From a virus (lineage: Duplodnaviria; Caudoviricetes), in the IMG/VR virus record IMGVR_UViG_3300030376_006779, positions 1-36,906 of that record: 36,906 nt of DNA, one strand, 5' to 3'. The notes beneath the pieces were generated by a model. The model ran no database searches. It was not told the origin of the DNA and saw only the letters and a list, made by a program, of their open reading frames with translations. This document shows positions 11,401 to 17,400 of this stretch, one piece after another (position 1 is the stretch's first letter; each line of letters starts with the position of its first letter). Position numbers and translations under genes: made by a program.

Positions 11401-14400
11401 CCACTCCTCGAGCGGATGTACAAGGATCTGAACATAGACCTCGATGCGAAGACCGGAAACAGTACCGAAGAATTTCCACAGACCTACGGTGACTTGCTCG
11501 AGAAGCTTGACCGTCTGACGAAACTGAAGACTCAGGTGGATATGGACTCCGCAGCAGTTGAGCCTCCTATGTCCGAACCCAAACTCCTCATCGTAAATGA
11601 CGACAAGGGTGAAAAGGGTAAGAGTGACTTGATCAGGGAGTGGTTTGAACAGAACGGTATGGACCCAGGGGAGGCCGGTCGAACATACGCCATGGATGAG
11701 CGTAAGACCGTTGAAGCTTCGGAGGAAACTCTTCCCGACGGAACGGTCAAGAAGTCCAAGGAGCGTAAAGAAAACGATCAGGAAATCGATGTGGATAACC
11801 TGACCGAAGCAGGCATTTCCGTGATCTTCAAATCGTCCAAGGACGGTAGCGCCCGGTTTAAAAACCTGGTCGAGTTAGCTAAGGACGATTCGGACAGAAT
11901 GACGATCGTGGTAGACATATCCGATAAAGACTTCGACATCTCCAAAGTAGTTCGTGGTAAGGGCGGAATCCTTGAGCAAATGGGTCAGGGTATTGAGTTC
12001 GAACCAGGTAGCATATTCATATTTGCAGATACTGAAGCTACCACCTCCGATGCCAAGATTACTGCGGTTCTGGACTATTTGTTCAAAGGCGATTTACCAC
12101 CAGCCAAAGACACTAAGTCGAAGGCCGAGGGTCGGAAGGGTAAGCGTGCGGTAGACGTCAATTTTGGAAAAGGTATCAACCCGGAACTCTCCCCCTTATA
12201 TGACCTCGCGAAACCCTTCGAGCATGAGGGTAGAAAGTTCTACTCCGTTGAGGCCGCTTATCAGGCATTCAAAAATCCACAGGCCGTTAAGGACGGGGAG
12301 ATAAACCCGGACGATTTTGCCGAGCAATCTGATGGCCCAACTCTTACGGGTAAGGAGGCAAGAACTTGGGCTAACGAACTGGGGGTCAAGGCCGACACCA
12401 AGATTAGCAAGGAGCTCATGCGCACACTTCTTAGGAAGCGTTACGATACGGACAGCGAGTTCAAGCGCAGGCTCGGACAGATCAGAGGCCCAATCACTCA
12501 CTCGGTCAAGGATGAGTTTTGGAAAGAAGCCCTCCCTGAGTTACTTGAGGAATTGTCGACCGAGGCAGCTAAAAGCGCTTGGTTCAACGATTCAAATCTC
12601 TGGGGTGATACGGACACCGCCGAACTCTCTGCCTGGCTGAGTGATATCCGGGAAGCGATCGAGCCCATAATGACCGCAGCATTCAACGGCCGCCGGGTTG
12701 ATCAGCTTGACGAGAAAGTGGAACAGAGCATCATGTCCCGTGACTCGGGTGCTTACCAAGCCGAGGGCGACAAGAGCGTATTTGAGCAAAAAGAGGCGGC
12801 GGACAAAGGTCCTTCTGAGCCAGGGGAAGATGTGGGGGATACTGAAAGCCAGGAATCCGCCGATGGCGACGCTACTGGCACTAAGGTTAAGGATCGGGAA
12901 GATCCTCCCGAAGGTACGTTCGATCCCGACTATGCCGACAAGCAGGCCGGGCAAACCGGTGAGCCTCCATCCTCCGATAATAACATCCAGCTCGATGACA
13001 TAAAGCAGAAGAACATCCGGATGGGTATAGCCGTTCGGGATATTCTCGAGTCTCTAGATGAGGTCACAAACTGGACGGAAGATGAAATCCTGGGGTGGGC
13101 GATCTCCAATAGCTATCATCTCGATGATGCTATGAGTGTGGACAAGCCTGGCGGTTTTGAGTCAGTCCTTCCTGAAAATAGCTCCAAACTTACAGCAGAA
13201 TTTGAAAAGCTAGGCGCGCCCCCCAAGGCGGTAGATAACCCGAATTTCGATCTAGAGATCGGGCAGTGGGTATCCAAGATCGCTGAATCGGATAATAATA
13301 TGCTACAGCTAGTCTGGCTCATGTGGAAGGGATTCTGGGGCAAGGCTGAGGGTGCTTCGTTCACCAAATGGAGGGGAGATGTCCAGAAGCAGATAGATAG
13401 GCTAGAGGCGGGCGATTTAGACGGTCCGGAGAGAATGGGAAAAATGGGCGAAGATTTTCAAGCAGGATCTCAACTCCCCCCAATGTCCGAAATACCTATA
13501 TTTAAGAAACTCCGGGAAAAACCTCGTGAGTTCGCGGTTCCACTCGGGCAGGTAATCGATTCGATGGTTAAAAGATTGGAGGAGAACCTATCAGTAGCTC
13601 TCTATGAAAAACGGTTAGGTATGTCCGAGAGAGACCCAAGGCTTAGAGGTATCTACGAGGTCCTCACCGCCTTTCGCACTCTCTATAAATCCCGTAAACG
13701 TAAAGATGGTGACGAGAGTCACGGCAAAGTGAAATTTAGTATGTTCGATTCTGCAAAGCGCCAAGCAGAGACCGGTAAAGTTATCTTAGGCGACGTGGAT
13801 GTGGATAGCGAATCCGGGGATTACACTATGAGACTTGGCGACATACACCTTGACAATTCGCGAGACGTTGCGAGCGGATATCACACGGTTATCCACGAGA
13901 TATTCCACGTGCTGACTCACCGATTCTCTAAGCTGTTAACTGGTGTGACTGAGAAAAATCCAGGGATGGCGAGAAAAATTAAACTTATCTCGAAGACCGA
14001 CCTACTGCTTGCCGAGGATCAAAAGGCGAGGGGTGAAAAAATACAAGTCGCGGGGGTATACAATAAGTACAAGAGTGCGTTTGAGAACATCGAGAAGCTT
14101 CACGAGTTTGCGCTAGAAGAGTATAATAGGCTTGCAGAAAACCCATTTGGCATCGGCCTGAAAGAGCGTCTTGCATACGGTTTTGACGGTGCCGGAAAAG
14201 ACGCCCAGCTCGTTGAGTTCATCACCGAGGCAGGGTCCAATATCGAAATGCAAAGATTCCTGGATGGTATCGAGATTACGGATGCGCAAGCAAAGTCCCT
14301 AGGCCTCGAACCTACAACAGGATCCAAGTCCACCCTCTGGCAGGCATTCGTCAATGTACTAAAGGACTTTTTCGGTCTCAAGGTTGATGGCACCGTGCTC

Positions 14401-17400
14401 GGGGAAGTCCTTCGGGAGTCCTCTACATTTTTGGAAGACCCGGAAGCCAAACTCCGAGAATATACCGATGCCCTCAACGGTGTTGATAAGTTCGTTAACG
14501 ACAGGTTGATCCAAAACCAAAAAAACCAAAGGCTTGAACAGGTATGGTCAGACGATGTCCAGCTCGGCTCCCAGTTGCACATTCCACCGAATCAGCTTGA
14601 ATCCCTGGCTCAGGGCAAGGTGAGCTCCGGCAATTTGGTGGATGAGATAACCGATCTACAGAGATATCGTTCGGAGTTGCAACTGCTCGCAAACCTATTT
14701 GGAGAAGAGGCAGTAGAGGATTCCATGAAAAACATCAGCACGAAGGAGCACCGTCTGCTCCGTTCGCACTGGCTTCAGGAGTTTGTGAATCCGGATTTTT
14801 TCCCTGAGGTATTTAAGCTCTACGGGGTAGATTACGCTTCGGAAAGGTTGCCCATCCCCTGGGGGAACTTCGGATTTGCGAGAGAAGGGAAGATTACGAG
14901 AGACGGTAAGGAATTGAATAGAGAGAATAAAAAAGCCCGGCGTATGCTGATAGACATTTTGCAGAGTGGCGGAGTCGAAATTAGGGATTTCCTACTCGCT
15001 ATGCGTAAGGACTATAAAAATCGAGCCCGCCTTCTCAGAAAAGCGCTCAAGCCCGAGAACATGTCAAAGGTAAGGCGCATAATGGCAGAGCATCCCGATT
15101 TCAGGGTTGCCAATGAGTCTATGCCGGCACGTGTAAAAGCCACCATAGACACCCTGTACACTTCCATACGAGGTGAGCTTGCGTATGTAGGAAAACTAGA
15201 TCAATTCCTAAATTCGCTCTATAAGCTTACAGATAGGGCTAAGTTTGCAAACACTAAGGTTCGGTTTGTAAATCTAACCAGCCCAATACGAAAAGATCAA
15301 AACTGGGGGGCTATGGTTAGGCCTCAGATCATTCGAGATTTTGGAGACCACGGGCACAAGGAAAAAGTTGGGGGTATGAGAATGTACATGGGGCATGGTG
15401 CCGCCCCGCATGCATTTATACATGAGCTCATACACGTTTTGGCTGAATCCCACATTGGCGTGGGTACTACAAAGAAATTCCGAGATAGAGCGGTTAGCCT
15501 TTTTGAAGAGGATAACCTGGGTGAAACTGTAGAAGATCCTTACGCCGACCTAATGAAATTTCCCGAGTATAAGGCGGATAAAGTCATTGGTGAAATACGT
15601 AAAGTGCTGGATAAGGAGCACGCCAGACTCCCAGACGGGATTCTTAAAAACAAAACTGCATACGGGTCCGTTACGAACAATGAAGAGGTTGTAACCGAGG
15701 CTCTTAGTAATCCGGTTTTTCAGAAGTGGCTAAAATCGATTAAGACCCCCAAACATATAGCTGATCTCGTCAAGGACGCCAAGACTGGTTGGACGCCCAG
15801 CAATCTCTGGGAGGCTTTTGTTATAGCGTTCAAGAAGCTTCTGGGATTGAAGATTGATGGCACTCTTATGGAAGCCACTCTCGATATGAGCGGCATAATC
15901 ATAGATGCCTCGCAAAAGCCTGAAATCCTTCAGAATGACCGACCTTTCTCTTTTATCGAGGGGATCGCTAGGAAGCACACTATCAAAAGATCTAAGGCTA
16001 GAACCAAAGCGTTGCAGCCACTCGTGGGGGAGAGTCCGAACATAGAGATGAGCGAGGTGGCGGAAGCTCTGGACTCCCTGGACGCCATGGAAAACGATGG
16101 GCAGTTCGGCTCCCAATTAGGAGACTCGAGAAAGGGTAATACCCCCAAGGGCAAGGGCTTTAGGCCCAAGCACACAGAGTGGTCTAAGAAAGAATTTCTA
16201 CCCAATAGATATGCCCTTAAGGATAAGGATTCTTTGTGGGACATGTTTGTTGCCGAGCTTTCGTGGGTAGCCGGTGTGGATACTGATCCGTATGATACGG
16301 AGGGGTTACTTAAAGAGCTAGGCGCGAATCCCGAACTCGTAGACTTTACGGATAAAACACCCGAGGGCTATGACCCCGCTGACGACGCCCCGGCTGAGAA
16401 GTTACCCGCGAACGCTCTCAATGAGCTGCTGAAGAAAATCTTCTGGCCGAGCGTACACCCGAAGCTGAATCTCTTGTTCAATGCTTCCAATGAGACGGTA
16501 CTTAAGGAGATGGCACTGGGCTTGGATGGGTTCCTGGAGTATCACGACCTAAGGAAGCAGGATATTAACTGGGGAGAAGTTAGAAAATACATGCGGCAGA
16601 CCCCCGTGGATCCTGCGGAGAGGATGGACGACAGGGCGGCACGTAAGACAATCCGTGCGGGCGACCCCGGACCCTATGATATCCAGCTCGGCTCTCAACT
16701 CGTGGATGACGGTGCGGACAACCACCGCAAGGCCGGGTTCTTCGCCACGATGTTCAACAAGGACAACTGGAAGGAGCTGTACCAGGAGACCAAGCGCGGA
16801 TCCACTCAGGCTTGGGGGCAGGGTAGCAAGAAGGATATTTTCATAATAGATTACGTAGACAAATTCCACCCGCTGAAGAAGATGTTCTACGAGGTCAAAG
16901 ACATCGTCGGGCCGATGATGGAGAAGGGCACCCCGCTCTACGACGCTCTGAATACCTGGGGTAAGGTTCATACCTATTTGGGGCTTGGTCAGAGCGAGCT
17001 TGAACAGCACCAGATCAAATACCACCACCCGATGATGAATGCCATACGGGAGGCTGGAACAACCGTAGAGGTGGTTGGTGAATATCTCCTCGCCCGGATG
17101 GCTCCCAGCCGGAACCATCACCACACTTTGCAGATCAAGGATGCTCTTAAGGATGTTAAGAACATCAAGGATAAGAAGAAGAGAGAAGCGAGACGCAAGG
17201 AGCTGAACGAGAGGCTTAAGAACAAAGCTCTTTCCGGAATCCCCGATGACGCCGCTATTGATGTAGTTAAAAAACTCGAAGCCGGCCAAGCGGTTGGCAA
17301 TCTTACCAAGGAGCAAGCGCAAGCGTTCGTGAGGTTTATGGATCACGAGAACAGTCCCCTTCAGCTATTCTACGAGCAACAGCTTGAGGATCTCACGAAC

